Of a stretch of 64,000 bases of DNA, positions 15,221-28,559 are shown in pieces. A program made the translations under genes and the position numbers. The notes below the pieces were generated by a model. It did not search any database. It saw only the letters and a program-made list of their open reading frames with translations, and had not been told where the DNA came from. The stretch's first letter is position 1; each line of letters starts with the position of its first letter. This stretch comes from Eledone cirrhosa (Eukaryota), in assembly GCA_964016885.1 (NCBI GenBank), contig OZ024748.1:4836001-4900000 (forward strand), written 5' to 3'.

Positions 15221-16189
15221 GAAATTATACTAAGAATATACAATACATGCTTTATAATAAGCTTTGGAAAATTAACAAAGAAGAGACAAGACAACGGACG
15301 AAAACGAAGCAAAACGATTCAAAACGAAAAGCAATTTTTTAAAGGAGAAATCTTCAAAAATAATTTGTTGAAATTAAAAATACAAACAAAAGACGTAGAA
15401 CTCCAGGGTCGTCGGTCTTTGAGATGGACTTTGGCAGTTTCGATTCCTACCAACGATACTGCTAATCCACCCGGGCACAACCTCTGACACGAGCCAAAGT
15501 ACTGTCCAGTGGAGTAACAGAGAAGACAAAACAGCAACTTATAGCAATTAAGTTATGCTGATTATTTGTCTTTCCAAGCGTAGCACCGTTGTCTCTTCAC
15601 ACACACACACACACAAATATATATACACACACACACATACACACACACATATATATATATATATATACATATACACACACACACATATACACATACATAC
15701 ACACACACATATATTTATACATACAGACATATACACGTACAAATACACACACATATACACACACATACATATGCACTCAAAGACATATATACCCATATAT
15801 ACAGACGCATACACACATATATATATATATGGTTGTGCGTGTGTACATATGTGTGTGAATGTGTGTGACTGCGCATGAGTATGTGTGAGTACATATGTGA
15901 GCGTGTGCGCATGTGTATGTGAGTACATGTGTGTGCGTGACAGCGTATGTGTGTGTGAGTACATATGTGAGCGTGTGCGCATGTGTATGTGAGTACATAT
16001 GTGTGTGTTACTACGCATGTGTGCGTCAGTACATATATCTGAGTGTGTAAACCTCTCTGTCCGTATATTCCAACTATAATATTGGATTAGTTCTTTCTTT
16101 ATTTTATTCCCATTGTCTTCTAATTTGATTTATTTCTCACTCTCATTTGTTTTCACATTTTGGGAACAACCATTGTCATTGACGTATGT

Positions 16190-16895
16190 GTGTGTCAGAA
16201 TGTGTGTGTGCATGTGTGTGTGTGCATGTGTGTGTGCTTGTGGGTTTCAGAATGTGTGTGTGCATGTGTGTGTGCTTGTGGGTTTCAGAATGTGTGTGCA
16301 TGTGTGTGTGCTTTTGTGTGTCAGAATGTGTGTGTGCATATGTGTGTGCTTATGGGTGTCAGAATCTGTGTGTGTGCATGTGTGTGTGCTTGTGGGTTTC
16401 AGAATGTGTGTGTGCATGTGTGTGTGCTTGTGGGTTTCAGAATGTGTGTCTGCATGTGTGTGTGCTTTTGTGTGTCAGAATGTGTGTGTGCATATGTGTG
16501 TGCTTGTGGGTTTCAAAATGTGTGTGTGCATGTGTGTGTGTGCTTATGGGTGTCAGAATCTGTGTGTGTGCATGTGTGTGTGCTTGTGGGTTTCAGAATG
16601 TGTGTGTGCATGTGTGTGTGCTTGTGGGTTTCAGAATGTGTGTCTGCATGTGTATGTCTATGTGTGTGCATGTGTGTGTCTACGTATCTGGTGTATGTGT
16701 GCATGTGGGTGTCTTTCTATCTGGTGTATGTGTGCATGTGTGTGTGGTGTGTGTGTGGTGTGTGTGCATATGTGTGTCTACGTATCTCGTGTATGTGTGC
16801 ATGTGGATGTCAGAATGAGTATGTGCATGTATGTGTCGATGTGTGTGCATGTGGTTGTCTTCGTATCTGGTGTATGTGTGCATGTGTGTGTATGT
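16190..16895. repeat. ~36-40 bp TG-rich minisatellite (tcagaatgtgtgtgtgcatgtgtgtgtgcttgtgggtt) grading into a cgtatctggtgtatgtgtgcatg unit
   Basis: About 12 copies of the first unit are visible. Confidence 0.9.
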
Positions 16896-16916
16896 GTATT
16901 TAGGTAAGGGTATATA

Positions 16917-16949
<33 letters not shown>

Positions 16950-17256
16950 AATGTGCGTAATTATGCCCTCGCCCACGCACATATATACATATATATTTGT
17001 GTGTGTGTCATTTTCTACACACGCATGTGCGCATATATCTGTGAACATATCTGTGTGTGTATATAAGTGTGTATATATATATATTATGAAGCAGGGGAAC
17101 AGGAGTACCGTACCACCCAGGTAGCAGTGAATCCTCGCTATATGTATTATAAATCACTCACACGAGTCTCCTCTGACTACAGGTATTGGTTTATGTATTT
17201 TTATTGTTTGTTAGTTTGTTATTTTATCGTGGGGATAATTAGAAATAGATTATCTA

Positions 17257-17850
17257 CTGATCCCACCACACCTAACATACACAACCACACTGATCCCACC
17301 ACACCTAACATACACACAGCCACACTGATCCCACCACACCTAACATACACACAGCCACACTGATCCCACCACACCTAACATACACACAGCCACACTGATC
17401 CCACCACACCTAACATACACAACCACACTGATCCCACCACACCTAACATACACAACCACACTGATCCCACCACACCTAACATACACACAGCCACACTGAT
17501 CCCACCACACCTAACATACACACAACCACACTGATCCCACCACACCTAACATACACACAACCACACTGATCCCACCACACCTAACATACACACAACCACA
17601 CTGATCCCACCACACCTAACATACACACAGCCACACTGATCCCACCACACCTAACATACTCACAGCCACACTGATGCCACCACACCTAACATACTCACAG
17701 CCACACTGATCCCACCACACCTAACATACACACAGCCACACTGATCCCACCACACCTAACATACACACAGCCACACTGATGCCACCACACCTAACATACT
17801 CACAGCCACACTGATCCCACCACACCTAACATACTCACACAGCCACACAG
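17257..17850. repeat. 35-bp (33-35) minisatellite, ~17 copies: ctgatcccaccacacctaacatacacacagccaca
   Basis: Near-identical tandem units counted by eye. Confidence 0.95.
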
Positions 17851-18200
17851 CCATCTAATCACTACCACTAACGGCGTCATCATCGACATTATCATCATCA
17901 TCATTGTTATCATCACCACCATCGACGTCACCATCACCACCACCACCGTCGTCACCATCACCACCATCGTCATCACCACCACCACCACAATCATCAACAT
18001 CACCGTCATCATCATCTATTATCATCATCATTACCGTCGCCATCATGATCAATATCATCAACATCATCATCATCATTGCTACCAACACTTCCAGTCTCAC
18101 CACATAGAGATGCAAACGAAAACACACGCTCACACACGCATACACACACACGTACACACGCGCGCGCACACACACACACACGCATATATATATATATATA

Positions 18201-18258
18201 TTTTAACATAGAAGAGCTTCTACAGGACTAGAACTTTTTCATTCGTGAGAAATCATTA
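18201..18258 (-). mobile_element. Family C element fragment, truncated at the hammerhead core
   Basis: gagcttctacaggactagaactttttcattcgtgagaaatcat matches the arm at 55847-55890. Confidence 0.7.
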
Positions 18259-18312
18259 TATATATATATATACGATATTAACAAATGGAAACTATATTTA
18301 TAAAACCATATT

Positions 18313-18377
18313 TATTTCATTATACATATTTCAAGAACACCAAGTTAAATTATGGTGTGCTTTCATGAGATAAAATA
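18313..18377 (-). ncRNA. Hammerhead ribozyme mirror copy with a mutated core (CUCAUGA)
   Basis: Mirror of 18525-18589. The G5-to-C change should abolish activity. Confidence 0.6.
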
Positions 18378-18524
18378 TAATATAGATCAGTTTTATGAAT
18401 AAATATTGACACACCCTTAAAAAGTGCAACCATTACTGTTGGAAGCTATCCGGGAGCTTTCAACAGTAATGGTTGCATTCTTTAAGGGTATGTCAATATT
18501 TATTCATAAAACTGATCTATATTA

Positions 18525-18589
18525 TATTTTATCTGATGAAAGCACACCATAATTTAACTTGGTGTCCTTGAAATATGTATAATGAAATA
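18525..18589 (+). ncRNA. Type I hammerhead ribozyme (minimal stem III)
   Basis: tattttat CTGATGA aagcacacca-taatttaact-tggtgtcctt GAAA tatgta TA atgaaata. Stem I 8 bp, stem II about 9 of 10 bp, AUA cleavage triplet. Confidence 0.8.
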
Positions 18590-18716
18590 AATATGGTTTT
18601 ATAAATATAGTTTCCATTTGTTAATATCGTATTTTTACTCCAAATATTTGTTGAGTGCTTTATATCAGTTATAAAAATATTTGCTTGTTGTATCCCAACA
18701 ATTTAAATAGAACTCT

Positions 18717-18779
<63 letters not shown>

Positions 18780-18853
18780 TCATTTTGAATATAATAGTAT
18801 ATCAATATTATATTTTAGAATGGAAAATCATATAAATATATATATATATATAA

Positions 18854-18969
<116 letters not shown>

Positions 18970-19054
18970 GTGTGTATGTGTGTGTGAACTTACTTTTGTG
19001 GGTGCAATGTTTGGAAGTGTCGTTTACTGAAACACAAGCGGTTTCGGATTGTGC

Positions 19055-19138
<84 letters not shown>

Positions 19139-19197
19139 ATCTATATCTATATATATCTACACACACACACAATATAACCACCACCACCATCACCAAC

Positions 19198-19337
19198 AAC
19201 AACAACAAAAACAGCAGCAAATGTGAAACACAACAACAAACTGTATAAACAACATCACATTTTATAAACAAGAACAACAACAAAAACAGCAGTAAATGTG
19301 AAACAACAAACTGTATAAACCACAAACTTTATAAACA
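19198..19337. repeat. Two-copy tandem duplication (~75 bp, aacaacaacaaaaacagcag.aaatgtgaaac...ctgtataaac)
   Basis: Visible directly in the sequence. Confidence 0.7.
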
Positions 19338-19639
19338 ATAACAACAACGACAACCAATAGAAGAGAAAGAAAAAATAAATACAGAGTAGAATATATTAAG
19401 AATTTCTCCCGAAGAACATAAAGAGAAGCAAGAATTCTTGAGTTGAATAAGATAAATGTCGATTATATTGACTGAAATTGTTATTTCGGAACGATTATAG
19501 TGTTACAAGTTGTCGGAATATTGGAATGGCAGAAGTAAGTCTATTGTGTGACTGTAGTAGATGGTGGAGGTGGTGGTGGGGAGGGAGAGGGTTGGGAGGA
19601 TAGGGATGGAGGGGAGGTGGTGGAGGGAGAAGGAGGAGA

Positions 19640-19640
19640 A

Positions 19641-19671
<31 letters not shown>

Positions 19672-19932
19672 AAGAAGAAGAAGAAGAATGAAAAATAAGA
19701 AGAAAGAAGAAGAAGAAGAAGAAGAAGAAGAAGAAGAAGAAGAAAAAGAAGAAGAAAAAGAAGAAGAAGAAAAAGAAGAAAAATAAGTCGAAGAAGTAAA
19801 CGACGAAGAAGAAGGAGAATAAGAAGGAATAATAAAAAGAAAGAAGACGAAAACGAAGAAGAAGAAGAAGAAGAAGAAGAAGAAGAAGAAGAAGAAGAAG
19901 AAGAAGAAGAAGAAGAAGAAGAAGAAGAAGAA
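19640..19932. repeat. (GAA)n array
   Basis: Visible directly in the sequence. Confidence 0.95.
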
Positions 19933-20494
19933 AAGGAATTAATCAATCGAATAGGAATGAACGATGGTGGGGGAGCAGCATCGTTGCCAATTTTCTACCT
20001 TTCTAGAGATAATGAACGGTTAGAGCTGAACAGTGTGGTTAAGTGTGTCTTGTGTATTATTTTGTTTAATAACCGTCACTGCTGGATTTTGAAGAGATTC
20101 TGGCTCTTCCTATGTTCTTATAGTTTGGCTCATTCACTTTATTATATTTAGTTTTTTATCTTAGATTTTCTTGTGATTCTGCTGTTGGTGGTTGGAGGAT
20201 CATCCATTTGTGTAGATGTGGCATTTTTATATTGTTCTAGTTGTTGTTTTTCGAGAAACGTGTCTTCTGTTACAAGCAGAATTATCAGGTCTTATTTATC
20301 TATTTTTTATATAGTAGTGGTTGTGTAGGTGGTGCTAGTGGGGGTTGGGAAGTGAACAGTGGTTTTGGAAGTTGTAGAGGAATCGTTATATATTTTGTCC
20401 GTGTATATGTGTACCGCGTGTGTGTGTAAGTGTGCGTATAAGCATGAAAAGGTTGCCTCAGCCAGGCTGTCGTCTGACGACTGATATCAGTAAA

Positions 20495-20645
20495 ATAATT
20501 GTTTCTACTTTTTGGCATAAGGCCAGCAATTATCCCAGTACATTACTGGTACTTTATTTTATCGACCTCTTAAGGATGAAAGGCAAAGTGAACCTCGGCG
20601 GGATTTGAACTCAGACTATAAAGGGGCCTAACTCTAGGCTGCAGC
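20495..20645 (-). mobile_element. SINE family S1
   Basis: Reverse complement of the S1 body and tail. Confidence 0.85.
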
Positions 20646-21174
20646 AGACAACATATATATCATGCAGACGATATATATATATATATATATAATGTAGACG
20701 ACATGTATTGTGCAGACGATATATGTAATGCAGACGACTAGAACGATATCTGTTTTCACTGTATCACATTTTACATCATCAAACACATTCTAGATTATTT
20801 GTCCCCAATCTGGGTAGAAAAAGAAGGGGTTCGATAAAATATTTTGGAGGTTCATAAAATATATGAGGCCCCAGAGTATTTGTCTGTAAATATTGGCAGT
20901 TATTCATGACAATCGAACGATTTTACATTCTTTCATGTTGTATAGATTTATACATTCTTTTACATTCTTTTACATTCTTTCATAGTATAGATTTATTATC
21001 ATGTTTAAGAATATTTCAAATGTAAGTTCAAATCCTTATAGAGGACGATGGTAACTCCTTTTCGCCTGCTTAAGGGTCTTCACTCTATTTTATAAGCTAT
21101 CTTTATAGCATTTCTGCCCTTGAGCTCTTTATTATACTATATATATACTATATAATAATAATAATAGTAATAAT

Positions 21175-21378
<204 letters not shown>

Positions 21379-21865
21379 TATATATATGTGTATATATATA
21401 TATACTCAAAAGAAAATCAAGAACACAGCTAATTTATCCTTCCTCAGTAATATATTGCTGTCATTTCTAAAATTCCTTTCTCATCAATATTGTCTTGCAT
21501 TGCAATTCTGTCAGTTAATTAAACACAACAACAACATGTACAACCAAAAGACAACTACAACAACAACAACATGACAAAGGTTTGCAAGTACTGAGACTAT
21601 ATAGAAAGAAATCTAAACAAAAAAAAAAAATCTACGACAACAATAACAATACTATTACGATTAACAACAACAACGAAGATAATATAGATAAAATTACAAT
21701 AAATATAAAACTAAGAAATCGAATCAAAGACACGCCAAAACCTATAATTTTTAACAACAATTACAAAAAGTTTCGAAATTATGTAGGAATACCAACGAAA
21801 AACCATCATTCAACACAACCAGCCTCATCATCGTCATCATGTATATAACTTTATATAATTTAATA

Positions 21866-21946
<81 letters not shown>

Positions 21947-22749
21947 TTATATTTCCATATGTGTGTGTGTGAGTGTGAGCATACAAATATATACCTATAT
22001 ACCTATATGTACACATTATATATATATATACACACAATGTATATATATTGACAGACTTTTTTCGGTTTGATATGTTATTTTGTTAATGAATTTTTCACTT
22101 ATTTGACATTTTTTTAATGTCATCATTTTTGTTTTATTTTGGTTTGACGTATATTGACAGATCACATGAAAAGGGTTGTACAGGATATGAAGATGATGAT
22201 GATGATGATGAGTATATGATGAGGAGGGAGAGGACGACGATGAAGTTGATGATGATGATGAGTATATGATGAGGTGGGAGAGGACGATGATGAAGTTGAT
22301 GATCATCATCACGATCATTATCATCATCATCGTCATCATCATCATCATCATCATTATCATCATTATCTTCACGAACATCATCATCATCATCATCATCATC
22401 ATCATTATGATGAAAATGATAATGTTGTATATGTAGGTGACAATGATGGCAGGGAAGATTTTCATGGAAGAACAACCTTGAAAAAATAGATAATTCATGA
22501 TAAACAAATCGATGAGAATAAAAAAGCAAATACAAAACAAAAAATACAAAAAACTAGAAAAAAGTAAAATAAAAGCTAATATGAAATAAAAATTAAACTG
22601 GAACATCTACAAATAAAAGTCAGGAACAATAGATGGCGCTGCACACTCTCCACAGAATTGTTCGAGAACATCAATAACAAGAAGAAGAAGGGAGAAGGAG
22701 AAAATAAGAGGCTGAACAAGATGGTGGTACAAATGACTACTACAGGTTT

Positions 22750-22793
<44 letters not shown>

Positions 22794-22803
22794 CAACGCA
22801 ATA

Positions 22804-22842
<39 letters not shown>

Positions 22843-22917
22843 CACAGACACACATACATATGTATATATATCTAAGAGCAGTAACCCACCATCGCCTCAA
22901 CCGGATGGCTGGAACAA

Positions 22918-22980
<63 letters not shown>

Positions 22981-23115
22981 AAAGTTAAACAAGGTTCAAT
23001 GAATAAATCAAAGAATGAGTTTTACAATAGATTGGAAGCACTCAACAGTTGGTTTTCCAGAGTTATTAATATTAATTCAAAATATTAACAAAATAGATAT
23101 TCTTGTGATCAAGTA

Positions 23116-23182
23116 TATTTTATTATACATATTTCAGAGGTACTGAGTTAACTTCAACAGTACGTCCTCATCAGATAAAATA
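23116..23182 (-). ncRNA. Type I hammerhead ribozyme (mirror copy, intact core)
   Basis: Exact reverse complement of 23226-23292. Confidence 0.8.
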
Positions 23183-23225
23183 AGATGATGCATGACATAC
23201 TGTCAGGGTATGTCAAGCATCATCT

Positions 23226-23292
23226 TATTTTATCTGATGAGGACGTACTGTTGAAGTTAACTCAGTACCTCTGAAATATGTATAATAAAATA
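23226..23292 (+). ncRNA. Type I hammerhead ribozyme (minimal stem III)
   Basis: tattttat CTGATGA ggacgtactg-ttgaagttaact-cagtacctct GAAA tatgta TA ataaaata. Stem I is a perfect 8 bp and stem II pairs 9 of 10 bp. Confidence 0.82.
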
Positions 23293-23332
23293 TACTTGAT
23301 CACAAGAATATCTATTTTGTTAATATTTTGAA

Positions 23333-23367
<35 letters not shown>

Positions 23368-23448
23368 GTGTAAATAAACAACACAACACATTTCTCTCCT
23401 ACAATTCCTTCCACCTCATATACCGCTTCCTAATTTTCCTCCCTTTCG

Positions 23449-23502
<54 letters not shown>

Positions 23503-23593
23503 CACTACCACTACTACTACTACTACCACTACCACTACTACTACTACCACTACCACTACTACTACTACCACTACCACTACTACTACTACTACT
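23449..23593. repeat. (ACT/ACC)n microsatellite
   Basis: Visible directly in the sequence. Confidence 0.95.
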
Positions 23594-23936
23594 AAAAACC
23601 CTTCATTTCTAAATGTCTTCGTCTCAACATATATTATTACATACAATTAGATAGCCGTGTATGTGTGAATGTATGTATACATGTATGTATATACATATTT
23701 GTATACATATATATAGAAGTGCGTGCGTGTGTGTGTATGTATATATATATAATTGTATGTATATATATGCAGTTGTATGTACATATATATGCGTATGTAT
23801 GTATGTATGTATGTATGTATGTATGTATGTATGTATGTATGTATGTATGTATGTATGTATGTATGTATGTATATGAGAATTTATGAATGTATGAATGTAT
23901 ATACCTACGAACATATGTACGTAAGTATGTTGATGA

Positions 23937-24345
23937 ATGTCTATGTCTCTATATACATATGTATGTATGTACATATATATGTATATACATATGTCTCTAT
24001 ATACATATGTCTCTATATACATATATATGTATATACATATGTCTCTATATACATATGTCTCTATATACATATATATGTATATACATATGTCTCTATATAC
24101 ATATGTCTCTATATACATATATATGTATATACATATGTCTCTATATACATATGTCTCTATATACATATGTCTCTATATACATATATATGTATATACATAT
24201 GTCTCTATATACATATGTCTCTATATACATATGTCTCTATATACATATATATGTATATACATATGTCTCTATATACATATGTCTCTATATACATATGTCT
24301 CTATATACATATGTATGTATATACATATGTCTCTATATACATATG
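23937..24345. repeat. 16-bp minisatellite (atgtctctatatacat) with a ~50-bp higher-order unit
   Basis: 16-bp units are regularly interrupted by an 18-bp atatatgtatatacat-type variant. Confidence 0.85.
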
Positions 24346-24584
24346 TATGTCAATATTGGATCATTTACGTTAGTGTATGTGAGTGAGGTCGTTGCGGTGG
24401 TGGAAGATGAGAGGGGGGGGGGGGGGTTAGAAGATGGTACCGCCATACCACGGTACTGTTTAGCAATTCATTTGATCCGTAATAGTCCTGATCAATTCTT
24501 CATGATAAGATCTGCCAGGATTAGGTTCCAAATATCCTGACCACTTCTTAGTCAAGCGTGAACTAACCTTTACTCCTCATTCTC

Positions 24585-24622
<38 letters not shown>

Positions 24623-24641
24623 ATATACATGTGCGTGTGTA

Positions 24642-24740
<99 letters not shown>

Positions 24741-25007
24741 ATGTATATATATATGTTTATATATATACGTGTATATATACGTGTATATATACGTGTATAT
24801 ATACGTGTATATATACGTGTATATATACGTGTATATATACGTGCATATATACGTGTATATATACGTACATACACATGTATATATATATATATATATGTAT
24901 ATAAATGTGTGTATATATATATGTTTATATATATACACGATATATATGTACATACACATAAACATAGACACATACTCACATATATACATATGACATCGTT
25001 TCAATAT

Positions 25008-25039
<32 letters not shown>

Positions 25040-26359
25040 CGTGTGTGTATTAACAAACATATGTACAATATATATACAAACATTAATAACATTATTACAA
25101 GTGTATATTACTTGATTTATCACTGAATTGCCGCCATCTTGGCTGTCTTTATATCTCTGTAGTGGTCTATTTGTGTGCATTTGTGGGACGGTGTTGGTGG
25201 CTTTCTGTGTGTGATTGTTGCCGTCGTTGTTGTTCTTACTGGTGTTGTCCTAGCTTAGCCAATCCTGTCCTGCTTATTTCCAATCTACTTTATATTATCT
25301 ATCCCTCCTTTTTATTTTAGGATTTATGGAAGTTTTGGCTTCTATTTCCAGCAGATCAAACAACCAGAAAAACGCTCCCTCAATGGCTGTTTTCTGTTTA
25401 TCTCTATACGTGTGTCTGAGTGAGTTTGTCTGTGTATAGATGCCTATTCGTGTGAGTATGTGTATGTGCGTGTGTGAATGTGAGTGTATGAGTGCTTATA
25501 TGTATGTGTGTGTGTATATAGGTGCATTTTTCAGTTTGTGTGTGTGTGTAAGAGTGCCTTTTAGTATGTATGTGCGAGACGTATACAAAACAAAAACTAA
25601 CATCAAAAGAAATACAACACTAACAAAAAAGCAACATTAAAAGGAACAACAACAAAGCTACAAATACTACACAAAGAAGAACAACAACATCAGTAACAAC
25701 AACAACAATTACAAATTCACCGACAAAAGCAATAAAAGAAACTATGGTGCCCGAATCCATGAACTCTACAACAATACGGAGCTTCCACCTTGTTCAACAT
25801 AGACGTAATAAATCCCAAAAGACAACAATAGCAATAACAACTACAGTGTTAGTTAGAAGAGAACGTAAGAAGTGATAAACTATTGCCGCTGTTTGTTAGT
25901 TTATTATATAAATGACAAATTAATAGCAGTTAACACACTAGCTACAATCAACGATATCACCCAAGAGTGATATTAAGAGTCAATGAAGGAAATAGAAAGA
26001 CTCATAAATTTACGACCCGGCTCAGGTTCAGCCCTCCCCAGTCACAAAAGTAAACTGCTCTTTTCCCTCGCTTCCTAGGTCATCTCCATAAATAACGATA
26101 AACAAATAAAACAACAAGAACAATAAAAAAACAACAATTTAGTAATAAATAGCAATAGTAACAATTCAACAGTAAAACGAGCCAAAACATCAAAATAACA
26201 GTAATAATAAATATAATAATTAATTTTTTATTGACCGCAGGAGCTCAAAGAAAGGAGATAATATAAAGGCGAAATACGAGCGGAAAGTGACGAACTACAG
26301 TATTTACAGCGTGTTAAAAGGTGTGATTAACAATAGAATTGAGACGTAAATAATTAGAT

Positions 26360-26885
26360 AATCATTTCTAATTTAGGCACAAAGCCAGACTTTTTTTTGG
26401 GGAAGTCAATATTGATTGAATCAACCCTAGTTCTTGACTGGTACTTTATTTTAACGACCTCGGAAGATAGAGAAGCATAGTTAACCACGGTGAGATTTGA
26501 ACTCTGAACGAAAAGAACATGAGTAAATAGAGATTTCTAATTTAGGCACAAGGCCAGCAATTGTTGGTGAAGGAAATGTTGATCTTATCAGCCCAGTATT
26601 TGACTGGTACTTTATTTTAACCTCCCTAAAAGTTTGAAAAGCAAAGTTGTCCTCGAGGATATTTGAATTCAGACCGAAAAGCACATGAGTAAATACTATT
26701 TTCTAATTTAGGTACAATGCCAGCAATTGTTGGTGAAGGAAATGTTGATCATATCAATCCAGTACTTGACTGGTACTTTATTTCATCTTCCCGGAAGTTT
26801 GAAAGGCAAAGACGACTTCGGGGGTATTCGAACTCAGAATTCATAACACGAGTAAATACTGGGAAGCATTTTGTCCAACGCTCTA
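26360..26885 (-). mobile_element. Three tandem diverged S1-like SINE copies
   Basis: The layout tttctaatttaggcacaa..ccagc...gactggtactttatttt...gatttgaactc occurs three times. Confidence 0.8.
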
Positions 26886-27332
26886 AAGACTTATAAATGA
26901 ATAATGATAAATAACGATAGGAAAAAAGAGTGGTAGAACGAAAGAGATTTATTCCGTGCAATAGCTCTAATGCCAAACCATAAACTAGAGATTAGAAAGG
27001 GCATTCTTGTCAGGTCGACTTCAAACACATGAGCGATACATTATGGGCGAGAGATATTTAGCCTCTGTTCACCTGCCTAATGTTATGAAATCAAAACTGA
27101 CATAAGCACGAAACCCACAATATAATGTGGTACCGAAAATTATTCACTATAATTAAAAATATATAAAAATGAAAATTAGTGATTTTTCTGTCTGAAAAAA
27201 AAAAAAATTAAATAAGGAAACGAATTTTCTAGAGTTTCAGAAAGTTCATAAACACATTAGGCCTGACAGACGTAATAAATCATCACAAACATTTTTATAA
27301 TGAATGTATATATATATATATTTATATATATA

Positions 27333-27608
27333 TTAAAGTGTTAAACAATATTCAAAGAATGAGTTTTACAGTAGATTAGAAGCACTCAACGGATATAATT
27401 TTCTGGAGTTATTAATATTGAAATATAAGTATTAATAAAATAGATGTTCTTTTGATCAATTACATTTTATTATACATATTTCGGATGTACAACAGTACGT
27501 CCTCATCAGACAAAATATAATGATACATGACATACCCTGAGATGTTAAATGGTTAAGATTTAATCAAGGTATATATGTATAATAAAATGTAATTTATTAA
27601 TACTTATA

Positions 27609-27615
<7 letters not shown>
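27333..27615 (-). mobile_element. Family B hammerhead element with a partial inverted arm, in (TA)n
   Basis: Homologous to 22978-23200; 27572-27615 is a deleted inverted copy of the arm. Confidence 0.82.
27464..27516 (-). ncRNA. Type I hammerhead ribozyme (compact)
   Basis: Minus strand: attttgt CTGATGA ggacgtac-tgtt-gtacatcc GAAA tatgta TA ataaaat. Confidence 0.82.
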
Positions 27616-27655
<40 letters not shown>

Positions 27656-28059
27656 ATGCTTTGGGAGGGTCATGTTGCCAAATTCAGAAACGAAATATAT
27701 ATATATATATAAACACATATGTCGTGTACATCTTTTACCATTTAGACCTTATATATATGTGTGTTTATAATTACGTATCTATCTATGTGGCTAATAAAGA
27801 AATTTATGTCTCTCTCTCTATATATATATGTATTTTATTAATTTGTACTAACTCCCTTCTGGTTGAGTAAATATTAGGCTGAAACAGACTACTTCTTATA
27901 TCAAAGCTGTTACTCGCCAACCGACCATCCTTTACTATACTTTTGATTACCGTTACATCACGTGATAATTCTCCGTCTCGAAAATTTCACCGATAGTGGT
28001 CTGTTCGGGAAACTTGTTCTTTCATTGAGGGAGTCTCTTGACAAGCCGATAACTTCCCG

Positions 28060-28230
28060 AAGAAAGTCGATTAAATGCAGCCCAGTGCATTACTAATATT
28101 TTGGTTTATTGGATTCGTAAAGAACAAGGGCAAAGCTAACCTCGGCGGGATTTGAAATCAGAACTTCCGGGCCGTAACTATATGTGCAAAGCATGTTGTT
28201 CTATAGTCTACCGATGTTGTCAATCCATCG
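28060..28230 (-). mobile_element. SINE family S1, diverged
   Basis: cccagtgcattact...ggcaaagctaacctcggcgggatttgaaatcagaa. Confidence 0.75.
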
Positions 28231-28559
28231 TTCTCTTGCTGCTTAATATCAAATACAAATTTAAACAATTAATTAAGCAAAACAAAAAAAAGGAACAACA
28301 AACACCACATCATCCAAATATAAAGTTCATAAAATTAAGACCTTAGTAGTGAAATCCTAATTAATCTCGTTGTTTTAATTACATTTTTCATGGTGTTAAT
28401 TGGAAATTTAGAAAAGCGGTAAATTGACTTTTTTTTAGTAATTAAGTTTTACGAGTTAATTGGTATTTTCAAAATTGTTTCTGTTTTTGTTGTGTGTTTT
28501 CTGGATGTTTTTTTTTTTTATGAAGAGTCGGATATAGTTTAACGGTATATTAAATGAGA

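Larger units (their letters stand above)
18270..18720 (+). mobile_element. Family A palindromic hammerhead element (178-bp arms, 7-nt loop, plus ~90-bp tail) in (TA)n
   Basis: 18270-18447 is the reverse complement of 18455-18632 with about 6 mismatches. The tail tttactccaaatatttgttgagtgctt...aatagaact is shared with 30505-30595. Confidence 0.88.
22978..23339 (-). mobile_element. Family B palindromic hammerhead element (132-bp arms, 7-nt loop, 1 mismatch, plus ~90-bp tail) in (TA)n
   Basis: 23069-23200 is the reverse complement of 23208-23339. The tail aaagaatgagttttaca.tagatt.gaagcactcaac is shared with 27355-27390. Confidence 0.9.

Noticed and set aside
17257-17850. CRISPR-like or telomere-like array
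   Set aside because: It is a contiguous minisatellite without unique spacers and not a telomeric hexamer.
22620-22804. Possible terminal exon (ELFENINNKKKKGEGENKRLNKMVV...poly-S)
   Set aside because: It is short, low-complexity and has no recognisable motif.
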